In this document: positions 9,679 through 20,991 of the stretch, piece after piece
How the letters are laid out: each line of letters opens with the position of its first letter
How positions within the stretch are numbered: the first letter of the stretch is position 1
Assembly: GCA_965248055.1 (NCBI GenBank)
Contig: CBDFIJ010000004.1
Coordinates: forward strand, 1,440,001 to 1,504,000
From: Candidatus Multivoradales bacterium
GTDB taxonomy: Bacteria; Acidobacteriota; Thermoanaerobaculia; Multivoradales; JAHEKO01
Reading direction: 5' to 3'
DNA length: 64,000 nt
Notes under the pieces: model-generated
The model's input: only the letters and a program-made list of their open reading frames with translations
What the model was told of the DNA's origin: nothing
Databases searched by the model: none
Position numbers and translations under genes: made by a program

Positions 9679-11433
9679 ATGATCAAACAGCCCCTCAAGC
9701 TACCCACCCTTCTTTCTATCGTCTGGCTATCAATTTTGTCTCTGGCCAGCGCCTGCACGCCAACCGCTGAACCGATCATCCACAGCAGCGAATGGGACAG
9801 CTTCGCCGATCAATTCATAGAGGGCTTTCTGGTCGCACATCCGGTGTTCGCGGTGCAGGCTGGAAGGCATGAATTTGACGGACAGTTGCCCGACTGGAGT
9901 GCCGCGGGGATCGCCGCAGAAATCGAACGCCTTGAGACCGCGCGTGAAAAGGCCAACGCGTTCGCCGGCGAGGCGCTCTCAGACGCACAGCTTTACCAGC
10001 GCGAGTACCTGATTTCTGAGATCGACGATGTCCTCTTCTGGCATCGCGACGCGCGCTGGCCCTTTCGCAATCCGCAGTATTACTTTGGCTGGATCCTCGA
10101 TTCCTTCTCTCCCAGCCCCTACATCACCCTGACTTATGCACCGATCGAGGAACGGATGCAGGCGTTCACCAAGTATCTACGAGCGGTACCCCGCGCGGTG
10201 GCACAAGCCCGAGAAAACCTGGAAACGCCGATGCCCCGCACTTGGATCGACTACGGGGTGGCGTCGTTTGGTGGCATGGCTCAGTACTTCACCGACGACG
10301 TGCCGTTGATCTGGGAGGAGGTCGAGGATGAGGCGCTGCAGGCGGAGTTTGCCGAGGCCAATGCCGTCGCCGCCGAGGCCATGGCCTCGATGTCCGAGTA
10401 CTTGGAAGGCTTGCGCAGAGATCAAACCGAGAATTTTGTCCTCGGAGCTACCTTGTTTTCTAAGATGCTCTACGACACCGAACGCGTCGATCTGCCTCTC
10501 GATCAACTGGAGGCGATCGGCCGCGCAGACCTGAAGCGCAATCAGGACTCCCTCGCTGCCGCTTGCCAAGAGTTCGCTCCTGGCGAGTCGGTCCGCAATT
10601 GCTTCGCCCGTATGGCCAATCGCAAGCCTGAAGGAGGGGCGGTGGTCGCCGCAACCGCACAACTCGGCGAGTTGAAAATCTTCATGGAACAGCAAGATCT
10701 GGTCACCATCCCAGGAACCGAGGAAGCACGGGTTGCCGAGGCACCGGCCTACGCACGCTCCAATTCGGCGTACATCAACATCCCTGGTGCCTATGAAAAA
10801 GACCAGCCTTCGACCTACTACATCTCGCCGCCCGATCCCTCATGGCCGGAGGATGTCCAACGCGCCTACATCCCAGGCGAATCAGACCTGATGTTCACCT
10901 CGGTGCACGAAGTGTGGCCGGGGCACTTCCTCAACTTTCTGCACGCCAACCGCGCTGAGTGGACGTTTGGTCGAGTCTTCGTTGGCTATGCCTTCGCCGA
11001 AGGCTGGGCGCACTACACCGAAGAAATGGTGGTGGAAGCGGGCTTGAGAGATGCCGACCCCGAAACCCGGATCGGCCAACTTTCCAACGCTTTGCTGCGC
11101 AACGCCCGCTACCTATCTGCGATCGGTCTACATACCCAAGGATGGACGGTCGAAGAGTCGCAAGCGTTCTTTCAGAATGAGGCCTACCAAGACGAAGGCA
11201 CCGCTCGGCAGCAGGCGTCGCGCGGCACCTACGACCCGGCCTACCTCAACTACAACATGGGCAAGCTGATGATCCTCAAGCTGCGTGAAGACTGGACCGC
11301 CACGCGGGGCGGCCGGGAGGCATGGAAAGAGTTCCACGATACTTTCCTGTCCTTCGGTGGACCGCCGATCCCATTGGTACGCGGGCAGATGATGGGTGAA
11401 CAACCCAAGACAGTCCTATTTGGGCAGAAGTAA
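9679..11433 (+). CDS. DUF885 family lipoprotein (putative metallopeptidase)
   Basis: Lipobox ASAC, HEVWPGH, AEGWAHYTEE, YNMGKLMILKLR, FHDTFLSFGGPP; ATG 9679 follows GGAGA. Confidence 0.85.
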   Translation: MIKQPLKLPTLLSIVWLSILSLASACTPTAEPIIHSSEWDSFADQFIEGFLVAHPVFAVQAGRHEFDGQLPDWSAAGIAAEIERLETAREKANAFAGEALSDAQLYQREYLISEIDDVLFWHRDARWPFRNPQYYFGWILDSFSPSPYITLTYAPIEERMQAFTKYLRAVPRAVAQARENLETPMPRTWIDYGVASFGGMAQYFTDDVPLIWEEVEDEALQAEFAEANAVAAEAMASMSEYLEGLRRDQTENFVLGATLFSKMLYDTERVDLPLDQLEAIGRADLKRNQDSLAAACQEFAPGESVRNCFARMANRKPEGGAVVAATAQLGELKIFMEQQDLVTIPGTEEARVAEAPAYARSNSAYINIPGAYEKDQPSTYYISPPDPSWPEDVQRAYIPGESDLMFTSVHEVWPGHFLNFLHANRAEWTFGRVFVGYAFAEGWAHYTEEMVVEAGLRDADPETRIGQLSNALLRNARYLSAIGLHTQGWTVEESQAFFQNEAYQDEGTARQQASRGTYDPAYLNYNMGKLMILKLREDWTATRGGREAWKEFHDTFLSFGGPPIPLVRGQMMGEQPKTVLFGQK

Positions 11434-11834
11434 CGCCTTCACGAAACCGTGCAAGCAACTACGTCGTGAGCGCACGAATCACCATCATTTGGGACTACGA
11501 CGGCGCGATCGCGCACCTACATCTACGATTGGAACGCAGATTCGACAGCCAAAACTCGCCTTCTGCTGAGTAGTGTTCTTGCCCAAGCGTTGCGGGTGGG
11601 CTCTCCCTCTATTCAAGCCTCGCCCATAGCGAAGCCGATCGACAACTGCTCAAACAAGCTGGATATCTAGCCAGAGAACGCCGGTCAAAGTGATCCATCA
11701 TCCAGCCTCAGCCATGGCGAATCAGCGACACTTCCACTATTCCCTGTTTGACGCCGACGGCAACCTCTGAACGTCCGCAACACGCCTTACACCCGCAGAC
11801 CCGCTCTGCTCAAACTAACTACAGGCGTTCGGGA

Positions 11835-13793
11835 TTAGGGTTTCACTAGGTTTTCGGACTCTCTGAGACGAAACAGCCAACGCCGCCCGGTGGTTACAAC
11901 TTCAACATCTGAGCGCTCTCCGAATCCACGCAAGTCCACTCGTACGTTTCGATGCCGGCGCTCGGGCTCCGACACGACATAGTTGACACCCATCGAGCGG
12001 AGTCGATCCAGGCACTCCGGTTCCTTGGGAAGGAACCCTTTGCAGATCTCGGTCAACTGAAAATATCCCCTGGGAAGAGAACCACTGTGTCCGTTGACCA
12101 ATGGTTTCCGGTGAAACGTCTGCTGGTACATGCGCCTCGCTTCGCTTCCGTGCCCGATGCGAAACGGAAGCTCGACCACACCGCGAACATCATCTCGATC
12201 TCGGAGTGCCTGATAGGCCGGAGCGAGGTCTGACTCCGTGCCGACGAATACCCACCGCCGATTCTGTGGCAACAGTTCCATAAACAATATTGCGCCACAC
12301 AAGACCACCACAGTCTTTACTCGAGTTGATCGGGAGCGCAGTACTTCCACCCCCGCTGCAATTAGCAAGGCGATTGCCAGAGAGACAAACACGTTGAAAC
12401 GAGAAATCACCCGCATCCCGCTAAATCCCGGTAGACGACCTAAGGTGTAGAAATAGAAAACCGGCAAAATAAAAAATACCGAAACCGCACCGATCCACAA
12501 CCAACCCCGCGTCCACTTGTCTCCCATACGCAATCGCAAAGGACGAAAATCGCTTCGCCACCAGACACTCCCGACGATCAGAATGCCTACGATGAGAAAT
12601 TGAAACGGTCGGAGATATCCGCGAGCTAAAGAAATGCCAAGAAACCGCGGCCAAGTAGTCAGCGTGTAGGCATCCGCCAATAGAGCACCCACAAAACACG
12701 AGCCGACACCAAACCAGGTAGCCCCTCTAGTCCAAAGCGGGAGTTTCCTCCAGCCGATGAAATCGATCTTTATCAAAGAAGCAGCGCCCAACCCCGCCAA
12801 CACAAGCGCTACCAACCCAGGGAAGAGACGTGAGTGACCTCGACGCAACTGTGATGGCCAGATATCCGCCCAACGATAACGGGCGTGGGCATTCAAGAAA
12901 CTGCTGGTGGCAATCTCAGTATGCCGCAGTTGGTCCATCCCTCTCGCGCTCGTAACCCCGGCTCGCTCCGCTTGAAGATAGGGAACATAGAGTGTTGCCA
13001 TCATCGCCACAGCAAGCGTGCCGACAATCGCCACCACAATCCCCTTGGTGGGTATCCGGAGAGCAGCGATCGACTCACGCCATCGAACGATCAAGATCAC
13101 CGCCAGAGCCACGTGAATCATGAACGCCAAGTACGCACCACCACTTACATGCAGTGCGTAGAACGCGAGAAACAGCACCCCCCTGCGAGCGCTCGGTTTT
13201 TCCAGCAACCGATCAAAAGCCCAGAGAGTCAACGGGACCCACTGAGCCAGCAAGACTTGAATATGGCTCAGCGTGGACATCCGGTACGGTGAAAAGGCAA
13301 ACCAAAATCCCGCCAAAGCCGCGGCGGGCGCAGAAAACCGGCGACGAAGTACCCAGTAAGTTGCAAACCCTGACAGTAAAAAAGACCCCAAGAAAAGGAT
13401 ATTGAAGCTCAAGACCGAGCCGCCGATCTGATCAGTCAACTTCATCCATACAGCGGGGCCAAGTAGATGGTCTGAGCGAGCGGTTGACCACGTTTCGGGA
13501 AAGAAGAACGGAGCGTGCCAAAACCCTTCCAAGCTGGGTAGACACGAAGCAGCCCACTTTAGGATCGACAGAGTAAATAGCGGGTCTCCTGGATCCGACG
13601 CTACGGAATTAAACAACTTGGCCGAATTCTTCGGCCACAAGTAAGTGAAAACCCCCAACCCCAGCCAAACCACGACCAACCAATGCTCCCAGCTCTTTCT
13701 GTTTAGAGGCAGGGCTCGCTGGGACAAATCTGGTACCGCACCCGAGGTCGGGTTCGACGGCCAAGGTTGATCGCGTTGCTTCGAGAGAGTCAT
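11835..13793 (-). CDS. Polytopic membrane protein, GT-C / YfhO-like glycosyltransferase
   Basis: GDPLFTLSILKW, FWHAPFFFP, FAFSPYRMSTLSHIQVL, many TM helices, C-terminal YQQTFHRKPLVNGHSG. Confidence 0.65.
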   Translation of the reverse strand: MTLSKQRDQPWPSNPTSGAVPDLSQRALPLNRKSWEHWLVVVWLGLGVFTYLWPKNSAKLFNSVASDPGDPLFTLSILKWAASCLPSLEGFWHAPFFFPETWSTARSDHLLGPAVWMKLTDQIGGSVLSFNILFLGSFLLSGFATYWVLRRRFSAPAAALAGFWFAFSPYRMSTLSHIQVLLAQWVPLTLWAFDRLLEKPSARRGVLFLAFYALHVSGGAYLAFMIHVALAVILIVRWRESIAALRIPTKGIVVAIVGTLAVAMMATLYVPYLQAERAGVTSARGMDQLRHTEIATSSFLNAHARYRWADIWPSQLRRGHSRLFPGLVALVLAGLGAASLIKIDFIGWRKLPLWTRGATWFGVGSCFVGALLADAYTLTTWPRFLGISLARGYLRPFQFLIVGILIVGSVWWRSDFRPLRLRMGDKWTRGWLWIGAVSVFFILPVFYFYTLGRLPGFSGMRVISRFNVFVSLAIALLIAAGVEVLRSRSTRVKTVVVLCGAILFMELLPQNRRWVFVGTESDLAPAYQALRDRDDVRGVVELPFRIGHGSEARRMYQQTFHRKPLVNGHSGSLPRGYFQLTEICKGFLPKEPECLDRLRSMGVNYVVSEPERRHRNVRVDLRGFGERSDVEVVTTGRRWLFRLRESENLVKP

Positions 13794-13990
13794 GTCTACG
13801 AAAACTCGGTAGCAGTAACTGTTCTCCGGCTCCCGTTGTCGAGAAGACGGATCCACATATGGCAGTAGCGAATTGCTACTACGTTCAAGCTGACAGGCAA
13901 ACCCTATCACTCAAGACAGCAATCACCGCTCTTTGTTCTAGAAATTTGGCTCTAGTTAGTACGAGATCAACGGGCGCGGAAAAGCAGTTG

Positions 13991-14779
13991 CTAGTTGCAT
14001 TCCCTTTGCACCAGAAAACTGCTCATCAAGCGCGCAATATCGTGAGGTCGCTCAACCGCACTTAAGTGACCAGCCCCCGGGATGGTATGGAGTTCTGATC
14101 CCGCTATCTGCCGGGCCATTTCTTGCGCGTGATGCGGCGGGGTGGCGTGGTCTTCCGCGCCCACCGCAATCAAGGTAGGTACGTTGACTGATGAGAGGTC
14201 GACACCACTTCGACCAAACACTGCGTTCATTGCATTGCCCAAGTGGACGCGGTCGAAAGTTCGCAACAGAGAGATCAATTCGGTGATGCGCTCGGGATGG
14301 TGATCCCGTGTCTCGCTCCCGAACATCGCGCTCGACAGCTTGTTGACCGGGAGAAAGCCAGTTTTTTGGTACAGCCATGCCAGTGCCCGATACTGCAGGC
14401 GTTGCATCGGTGGTTCGGAGCTCGCGGAGGTGTCCAACAAGATCAACCCGCGTACCCGTTTCGGGGTCCGCAACGCCAGTCGCATCGCGGTGAAACCACC
14501 GGTTGACAGGCCGCCACAGATCGCCGATTCATGGCCCTCGGTATCCAGAATCGCCAACCAGTCATCCACCAGATCATCCAAACTGAAGGGCACCGGTGCG
14601 GTGGACTCTCCATGTCCCCGCAACTCAACATTGATCACCGTGCAGTGCTCTTCGATGGTCTCGAGGACGCCATCCCACATTCCTCGGGTGCAAAACAGAC
14701 TATGTCCCAAGATCAAAGGGGGTCCTGTACCGCTTACGGTGTAAGCGACGCGAGCACCTGGGCGGTCAAGAAATGGCAT
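13991..14779 (-). CDS. Alpha/beta hydrolase (3-oxoadipate enol-lactonase-like)
   Basis: LRGHGES, nucleophile elbow GLSTGG, PTLIAVGAED, GAGHLSAVE. Confidence 0.85.
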   Translation of the reverse strand: MPFLDRPGARVAYTVSGTGPPLILGHSLFCTRGMWDGVLETIEEHCTVINVELRGHGESTAPVPFSLDDLVDDWLAILDTEGHESAICGGLSTGGFTAMRLALRTPKRVRGLILLDTSASSEPPMQRLQYRALAWLYQKTGFLPVNKLSSAMFGSETRDHHPERITELISLLRTFDRVHLGNAMNAVFGRSGVDLSSVNVPTLIAVGAEDHATPPHHAQEMARQIAGSELHTIPGAGHLSAVERPHDIARLMSSFLVQRECN

Positions 14780-14913
14780 CAGAGAAAACCCCTGCAAGTC
14801 AGGTTGACTCTGATTCTACGCTGACTGTTTCCGTATTGCGTTCGCCCAAATGCCAAGTTGTTGCCGCAGTTGGTAAAGCTTGGCACCGACTACGGGCGGC
14901 AGATCAGGAGTAC

Positions 14914-15846
14914 CTAGGAAGAGCTTTTCGCAGCTGCTCTGGCCGCATCCCGAATTCGTAGGCTCGGATCGTCAGCCAGCCGACCGATCGCCTCGACCGC
15001 TTCGCTTCCACCGACTCGGCTCAAACCCTCAATACCTGCGAGGATGACTTCTTCGATCTGGCCAGCTTGGATCTCGGAAACCGCCGCCACTTTGTCGCGG
15101 TCGACCATCTCCAACAACACCCGAAGACCGGCGTCGGATCCCTGAGCTGCCAGGGTGGCTGCGGCATTCCAGCGCACGTCAGCGGTACTGTCTCCCAGGG
15201 CAGCGATCAGCGCCTCGGTTGCCTTGGGAGTACGAATCTCCCCCAGGGCGTGAGCGGCGATCTTGCGTACTCCAGGATCATTGTCGTTGAGAGCAGCGAT
15301 TAACTGTTGTTCACCACGCAGATCGCCCATCACCCCCAGCGCCCACAGCGCATAAATGCGCAACTGAGGATCCTCACCCTCGGCCGCGGCCACCAACGCG
15401 GGAACCGCTTCATGATCCCCGGTGTAGCCAAGAACCAGGGCCAAGTAGCGACGAATCGCGTCGTCGTCCGTCTCCGTGAACAGTGCCCGCACCCTAGAAC
15501 GAGCCGCCGGGTCTTCACTCAACGCCTCGGGGTCGGCCAGCAGAATTTTCGACAGTTCATAGGCGGCCTGAGTGCGGCGCGGTTTCCAGCCGTGCGAAAG
15601 ATCGTTGACGAAATCGCCGACTTCGCTGCCGTCGTAGGCCAACCAGCCGAAGCCGAGAAACACCCCGACACTCGCCAAAACCACCAGCAAAGGCACCACA
15701 AACAGGCCTAGAAATCCGCGCAATGCGGAATTGGTTTCCGGCTCTTCGGCCTCTACGGTTGGGAGGTCGGCTCTGAGGTCAGCATGGCTGACGCTGGGTT
15801 CGTCCTGAGGGTTCAAATCCTGGGTCTGGGGATCGTCGTGGTGCAT
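14914..15846 (-). CDS. HEAT-repeat membrane-anchored protein, downstream of the oxidase genes
   Basis: One TM helix followed by PBS-lyase-type HEAT repeats (LRIYALWALG, VRKIAAHALG, VRWNAAATLA). Confidence 0.8.
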   Translation of the reverse strand: MHHDDPQTQDLNPQDEPSVSHADLRADLPTVEAEEPETNSALRGFLGLFVVPLLVVLASVGVFLGFGWLAYDGSEVGDFVNDLSHGWKPRRTQAAYELSKILLADPEALSEDPAARSRVRALFTETDDDAIRRYLALVLGYTGDHEAVPALVAAAEGEDPQLRIYALWALGVMGDLRGEQQLIAALNDNDPGVRKIAAHALGEIRTPKATEALIAALGDSTADVRWNAAATLAAQGSDAGLRVLLEMVDRDKVAAVSEIQAGQIEEVILAGIEGLSRVGGSEAVEAIGRLADDPSLRIRDAARAAAKSSS

Positions 15847-15905
15847 CGCTGGCGGAGCATATCGGACCTGCGCCAGGACAGGTCAGCTATTCCCTGAATC
15901 TATTC

Positions 15906-16193
15906 CTAGAGCAAGAAGTCGCGGGTGAAGTAGTCGGACAGGGTGATGCCGAAGAGGATCGCCAAGAACAAGATTCCAGTGACCACCGCCAGTTTGTTGA
16001 CTCGCGAGGCGTGGCGGATGTGCATGAAGAACAACACCACTAGGGTCGCCTTGGTAATCGCAATCAGCATCGCGACGACATCGTTCCAACCCCCTAGATC
16101 GACAAAGGCAACGGCAACCGTCGCCGCGGTGAGAACCATCAATGCGCCGAAAATAACTAGGTAAGTTGGGATCCTGGTTACGTGTTTAGACAT
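15906..16193 (-). CDS. ctaF: Cytochrome c oxidase subunit IV
   Basis: YLVIFGALMVLTAATV, IAITKATLVVLFFMH; located after subunit III. Confidence 0.85.
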   Translation of the reverse strand: MSKHVTRIPTYLVIFGALMVLTAATVAVAFVDLGGWNDVVAMLIAITKATLVVLFFMHIRHASRVNKLAVVTGILFLAILFGITLSDYFTRDFLL

Positions 16194-16197
16194 GACT

Positions 16198-16392
16198 AGC
16201 CTGGGTAATTCATGAAGTTGGACGCAGATTGGTGAAAGCGTCGGTCAGATCGAGCCAACCGCAGCGAGGAGCGCCGGAAGCAACCTCGAAGGTTGTTGAG
16301 AACGCGACGAGCGAGGACCCCCGCGTAGACTAGCCTGTGAGATGACTGGCGATCTCGCCAAGATGATTGGACGCTCATGAATAATCCAGGCT
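16198..16392. repeat. MITE-like element, copy 2 (195 bp)
   Basis: AGCCTGGGTAATTCATGA...TCATGAATAATCCAGGCT; homologous to 7441-7620; overlaps the TAA stop of subunit III. Confidence 0.85.
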
Positions 16393-17084
16393 TATGCCCT
16401 CCCCAGTAGGTAGAGCAAGGGAAACAAGAAGATCCAGACAATATCGACGAAATGCCAGTAAAGGCCCATGCCCTCAACAAAGTTGTAGTTGTCCTCGGAA
16501 AACGCCCCACGCCAGGCCCAGCGGGCGACAAACAACAAGAGCACGATGCCGATCACCATATGCAGGGCGTGCAACGCGGTCATCGCGAAGTAAAGGTTGA
16601 AGAACATCTCCACCGGAGCGGCATCGCCAGGTCCGTGCCATACGAAGTTGGGGCCGGGGACGTGGTGCTCGTGAAACTTGTGGCTGTATTCGACGCCTTT
16701 GACGCCGAGAAATACGCCGCCCAGGATGATGGTCGCCAGAATCAACCATACGGTCGCCTTGCGCCGGTTGGTTTGTGCCGCCCAGACCGCCAAGGCCATA
16801 GTCAAACTAGAGCCGATCAAGACCGCGGTGTTGAACGCTCCCAAGGTGATGTCCAAGGACGCTGAACCGGCGGCAAAGGCGGCTTGGTTGCCAGTGCGGT
16901 AAACCAAGTAGACGGTGAACAAGCCACCGAAGAACATGATCTCCTGCACCAGGAATAACCACACCCCAAAGTACGAGGACTCTTTCTGTTGTTCAAAGCT
17001 TTCGAAATGATGCGCCAGCCCCCAGGGCTTGCGTTTGCTGCTTGGCTGGTTCACGACCGAGCTATTCACGGCTGACTCGCTCAC
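16392..17084 (-). CDS. ctaE: Cytochrome c oxidase subunit III
   Basis: [53 protein letters not shown]. Confidence 0.95.
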   Translation of the reverse strand: MSESAVNSSVVNQPSSKRKPWGLAHHFESFEQQKESSYFGVWLFLVQEIMFFGGLFTVYLVYRTGNQAAFAAGSASLDITLGAFNTAVLIGSSLTMALAVWAAQTNRRKATVWLILATIILGGVFLGVKGVEYSHKFHEHHVPGPNFVWHGPGDAAPVEMFFNLYFAMTALHALHMVIGIVLLLFVARWAWRGAFSEDNYNFVEGMGLYWHFVDIVWIFLFPLLYLLGRA

Positions 17085-18733
17085 GACTGGTTCGCCTCCG
17101 ACTCGCCTGCGTGGGGTTGCCCCGACTCTTGAGCCCTGCCGATGTAGTCGTAGGCCTCATGGGTAACCACGGGAATGGTCTCAAAGTTGTGAACCGGTGG
17201 CGGTGACTGGGTGTCCCATTCGAGACCAAAGGCACCCCACGGATTCGACCCGGCGCGCTTGCCGTACTTCATCGAGTAGACGAAATAGATCAAGGGGATC
17301 AAGTAACCCAATCCCAGAACGCTGGCCCCGGCAGAGGACAACACGTTGAGCACTTGAAAATCGGCTGGGTATTCATGATAGCGGCGTGGCATTCCCAGAT
17401 AGCCGAGGACGAACTGCGGCATGAACGTCAGGTTGAAGCCAATAAAAACCAGCAATGCCGAGATTTTCGACCAGAAAGCCGGGTAAAGCCGGCCGGTGAT
17501 CTTGGGCCACCAAAAATGAAGTCCACCCATGTAGGCCATGATCACCCCACCCACCATCACATAGTGGAAATGGGCGACGATGAAATAGGTGTCATGAACG
17601 TGAATATCGATGCCCAGAGTCGCCAGCATGACGCCAGTGAGGCCGCCAATAGTGAACAGGCCGAGAAAGCCAATGGCAAACAGCATCGGGGTATCCCACG
17701 AAATCGAACCCTGATACATGGTGGCGATCCAGTTGAATACTTTGACTGCCGAAGGCACCGCCACCAGCATGCTCAAGATGGAGAAGATCATCCCGGCGTA
17801 GACCGACTGCCCGGAAAGGAACATGTGGTGACCCCAGACCAAGAATCCGAGCACCGCGATCGACACTGAAGCAAAGGCGACAAACTTGTACCCCGCAATG
17901 CGTTTTCGGGTACCGGCGGTGATGATCTCGCTGATCACCCCCATCGCCGGCAGGATCATGATGTAGACCGCCGGATGCGAGTAGAACCAAAACAAATGCT
18001 GAAACAGCAGTGGATCTCCACCGACCGCAGGATCAAATACGCCAATATGGAACAACCGTTCGGCGGCCAACAGCAGAATCGTAATCGCCACCACTGGAGT
18101 ACCCAGGATCATAATGATCGAGGTCGCATAGTGCGCCCAAACAAACAGAGGTAGACGGAACCAGGTCAGCCCTGGCGCCCGCAGCCGGTGGATGGTGACC
18201 AAGAAATTGAGTCCGGTGAGAATCGAGGCAAAGCCGGTGATGAAAATGCCAACTCCAACCACCACCACAGCGGTATTGGTAAACGCGGTGGACAGGGGCG
18301 TGTAAAAGGTCCAGCCTGTATCGACGCCGCCGCTGAGCAAAGAAAAGGTGACGATGGCGCCGCCGATATTGAAGATGTACCAGCTCGCTAGGTTGATTTT
18401 AGGAAACGCCAGATCCTTGGCACCGATCATCAAGGGCAACAAGAAATTGCCCAACACCGAAGGGATCCCCGGAATCAGCACGAAAAACACCATGAACACG
18501 CCGTGCATGGTGAACATCCGGTTGTAGGTATCCGGCTGCACCAAGTCGCCGGCCGGGGTCACCAGTTCCAAACGAAGCCCTACCGCGGCCAGGCCGCCCA
18601 AGATGAAAAACACCGTAATCGAAAGTAAGTAGAGAATCGCGATCCGCTTGTGGTCGACGGTCAACAGCCAGGATCGAATCCCGTAGTCGGCGTTCAAGTA
18701 GTGGCTGCGATGGGTTGCGGCGTCAGAGGTCAT
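17081..18733 (-). CDS. ctaD: Cytochrome c oxidase subunit I, type A2
   Basis: [24 protein letters not shown] (A2-type YS motif), [24 protein letters not shown]. Confidence 0.97.
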   Translation of the reverse strand: MTSDAATHRSHYLNADYGIRSWLLTVDHKRIAILYLLSITVFFILGGLAAVGLRLELVTPAGDLVQPDTYNRMFTMHGVFMVFFVLIPGIPSVLGNFLLPLMIGAKDLAFPKINLASWYIFNIGGAIVTFSLLSGGVDTGWTFYTPLSTAFTNTAVVVVGVGIFITGFASILTGLNFLVTIHRLRAPGLTWFRLPLFVWAHYATSIIMILGTPVVAITILLLAAERLFHIGVFDPAVGGDPLLFQHLFWFYSHPAVYIMILPAMGVISEIITAGTRKRIAGYKFVAFASVSIAVLGFLVWGHHMFLSGQSVYAGMIFSILSMLVAVPSAVKVFNWIATMYQGSISWDTPMLFAIGFLGLFTIGGLTGVMLATLGIDIHVHDTYFIVAHFHYVMVGGVIMAYMGGLHFWWPKITGRLYPAFWSKISALLVFIGFNLTFMPQFVLGYLGMPRRYHEYPADFQVLNVLSSAGASVLGLGYLIPLIYFVYSMKYGKRAGSNPWGAFGLEWDTQSPPPVHNFETIPVVTHEAYDYIGRAQESGQPHAGESEANQS

Positions 18734-19722
18734 GGTGCCTGCTCTTGTGTTGCGGCGGTCGCGTCGGCTGCGGCTGCATCCGCAGCCTCAGACTCTACGC
18801 CCAGTCCTTTGATGTATTGGATCAACCCGACCAGCTCCTCTTCGTTCAATTGACCTTGGTAGGTGGGCATCAATGCTTGATAGCCCGCGACCATTTTGGC
18901 GGTTGGGTCGAGGATCGACTCGCGTAGGTAGTTTTCGTCTACTAACACCGCGCCGCCGCCCTCTAGGGTCTCTTCAGCGCCGAAGAGGCCGGTCAGATAG
19001 GGGCCCAAGTTGCTGTTGTCGGTCCGGTGGCAGGTGCCGCAGTTCTTGGCACTAAACAGATCCTCACCACTGGCGGCGACAGCAACCGCACCTCCACCCC
19101 GCTCCGCCAACCAGTCATCGTAGACACTGGGTTCCATGACGATGATCTCGCCGCCCATGCGCGAGTGCTCAACGCCGCAGTACTCGGCACAAAACAGGTG
19201 GTAGGTGCCGGTCTTGGTGGCTTCAAACCAGGCGGTGGTGTAGCGACCGGGCAGCACGTCCATCTTGACCCGGAACTCAGGAACAAAGAACGAATGAATG
19301 ACGTCTTCCGAGGTCATGGTCAATTTCACCGGCTGGCCTACCGGAACGTGAAGCTGATTGATTTCACGGGGCCCTTCGGGATGCTGAAATTTCCACATCC
19401 ACTGCTTGCCGGTAACGTAGTACTCCAAAGCATCACCAGGAGGGCGCATAGCAAAGAAAAAGACCTTCGCTCCCCAACCAAACATCACCAACAAAATCAG
19501 CAACGGGATCACCGACCACACGATCTCCAAGATCAAGGTCGGTGGCTCCGCCTGACCAATTTCATCAGCAGCCCGCCGCCGGTAGCGAACCGCGAAGCCG
19601 ATCACCAAAACTGCGATCAGCACAGTGAAGACAAAAGCCACGGCCAGAGCAAACAACATCACGTTGTCGACCTGCGGAGCCAACGTCGAAGCGCGCTTGG
19701 GGAATAACGGGAAAGGAAGCAT
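18730..19722 (-). CDS. ctaC: Cytochrome c oxidase subunit II with fused heme c (caa3 type)
   Basis: DVIHSF, CuA motif [13 protein letters not shown]-terminal CGTCH...MP. Confidence 0.96.
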   Translation of the reverse strand: MLPFPLFPKRASTLAPQVDNVMLFALAVAFVFTVLIAVLVIGFAVRYRRRAADEIGQAEPPTLILEIVWSVIPLLILLVMFGWGAKVFFFAMRPPGDALEYYVTGKQWMWKFQHPEGPREINQLHVPVGQPVKLTMTSEDVIHSFFVPEFRVKMDVLPGRYTTAWFEATKTGTYHLFCAEYCGVEHSRMGGEIIVMEPSVYDDWLAERGGGAVAVAASGEDLFSAKNCGTCHRTDNSNLGPYLTGLFGAEETLEGGGAVLVDENYLRESILDPTAKMVAGYQALMPTYQGQLNEEELVGLIQYIKGLGVESEAADAAAADATAATQEQAP

Positions 19723-20547
19723 CTACTTGGCCTCCGCCAGCACCGGTTTGCGTTCACGGCGGGCAGAAACCACCACGAACCAAACGACCAATGCGAGAGT
19801 GATCAGGCCGCCAGCCCGAATCGTGTTCCACGCTGCAAAGGTGTACTTGCCGACCGTGGGGTCGTAGCGATAACAAAACAACAAAGCTTGATCGACCCAA
19901 CTGCCAATCCCACCATCGGCGGCGTCAACCAAGGCCAACCGTAAGTCTCTGGCTGGATAGTCGATACCCAAATGGTAGCTACCGATCTTGCCTTCAGGGG
20001 TGATCACCATGATCGCCGCGCCATGGGCAAATTCACCGCTGTCTTCCAGGTACTGGTAGCGGTAGCCAATTGTGTTGCTGAGAGCTGTCACCGCTTCTGC
20101 ATCGCCGGAAAGAAACCGCCAACCGTCTGCGGTTTCGGGTTTTCCATACTCGCGCAGGTGTTGTTGCTTGACCCGGGCGGCCGCCTCTGGAGTGTCCTCC
20201 GGGTTAATGCTGTAAGCGACCAAATCGAAGTCCGACCCCGGTTCAAATTCCAACACCTTAAGCGTACGGGTGATGCCACGCAGCACCATGGTGCACAGCA
20301 TCGGACAGTCGTAGTAGATCGGCGCCAGGATCAATGGACGGCCTTGCAACAGATCCCCCAGACGAACCTCAGCGCCCTGGTCGTCAACAAAGACGGCCTC
20401 CAATGGCAAGGTCTCCCCCAGTTGAGGATCGACGCCTACTTTCTTGAGCGGACCCGGCAAGTCGTTGGTTTGCGCGCTAGCAACAGAGCTGGCAATGGAA
20501 CTGGCAAGAACCAGCGTCAATGCCAAGAGAGAAACTCGGTTGCGCAT
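19723..20547 (-). CDS. SCO family copper-chaperone-like protein
   Basis: YYDCPMLC (CxxxC), EFAHGAAIMVITPEG; usual position between ACIII and oxidase genes. Confidence 0.9.
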   Translation of the reverse strand: MRNRVSLLALTLVLASSIASSVASAQTNDLPGPLKKVGVDPQLGETLPLEAVFVDDQGAEVRLGDLLQGRPLILAPIYYDCPMLCTMVLRGITRTLKVLEFEPGSDFDLVAYSINPEDTPEAAARVKQQHLREYGKPETADGWRFLSGDAEAVTALSNTIGYRYQYLEDSGEFAHGAAIMVITPEGKIGSYHLGIDYPARDLRLALVDAADGGIGSWVDQALLFCYRYDPTVGKYTFAAWNTIRAGGLITLALVVWFVVVSARRERKPVLAEAK

Positions 20548-20978
20548 TACTCGCTCACTCCGGCGCCGTCTGATTCGGCAACCATTTGCGCCTCTGCCAC
20601 TTGCGCCTCTGCGGCAACAATCGTGATCGCCCGTTCGACCGGAATCTGAGCCACTCCAGTCGCTTCATCGAGCCACTGATAGCTGGTCAACACCGCTTCT
20701 TCCTCGGCCCGCAGTTGTATCAACTCAGCTTCCGGGTGATCCTGCAAGGCAGGCCCGGGAGGCTGGTACACCGCTCGTGCTTCCGGGATCAGCGACGGTC
20801 GTGGGTCGTCGGAAGCCAAGTCATCGCGCAAGGAAACCGAGAGCCACCACATCGCCGCAGCAGCGCCCAGGATCGCCAGCGCCAGTCCGATCGAAAACCA
20901 CACCACGCCTTTCAGGCTCAACTCACGGTCTATGCCGGAGTCGTGATGGTCGGATCGTCGGTCGTTCACGCCACTCAT
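20547..20978 (-). CDS. ACIII-associated single-TM protein (ActG-like)
   Basis: One TM helix, PGPALQDHP...YQWLDEATGVAQIPVERAI; lies after actF. Confidence 0.6.
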   Translation of the reverse strand: MSGVNDRRSDHHDSGIDRELSLKGVVWFSIGLALAILGAAAAMWWLSVSLRDDLASDDPRPSLIPEARAVYQPPGPALQDHPEAELIQLRAEEEAVLTSYQWLDEATGVAQIPVERAITIVAAEAQVAEAQMVAESDGAGVSE

Positions 20979-20991
20979 CTAGTGCTCGTCC

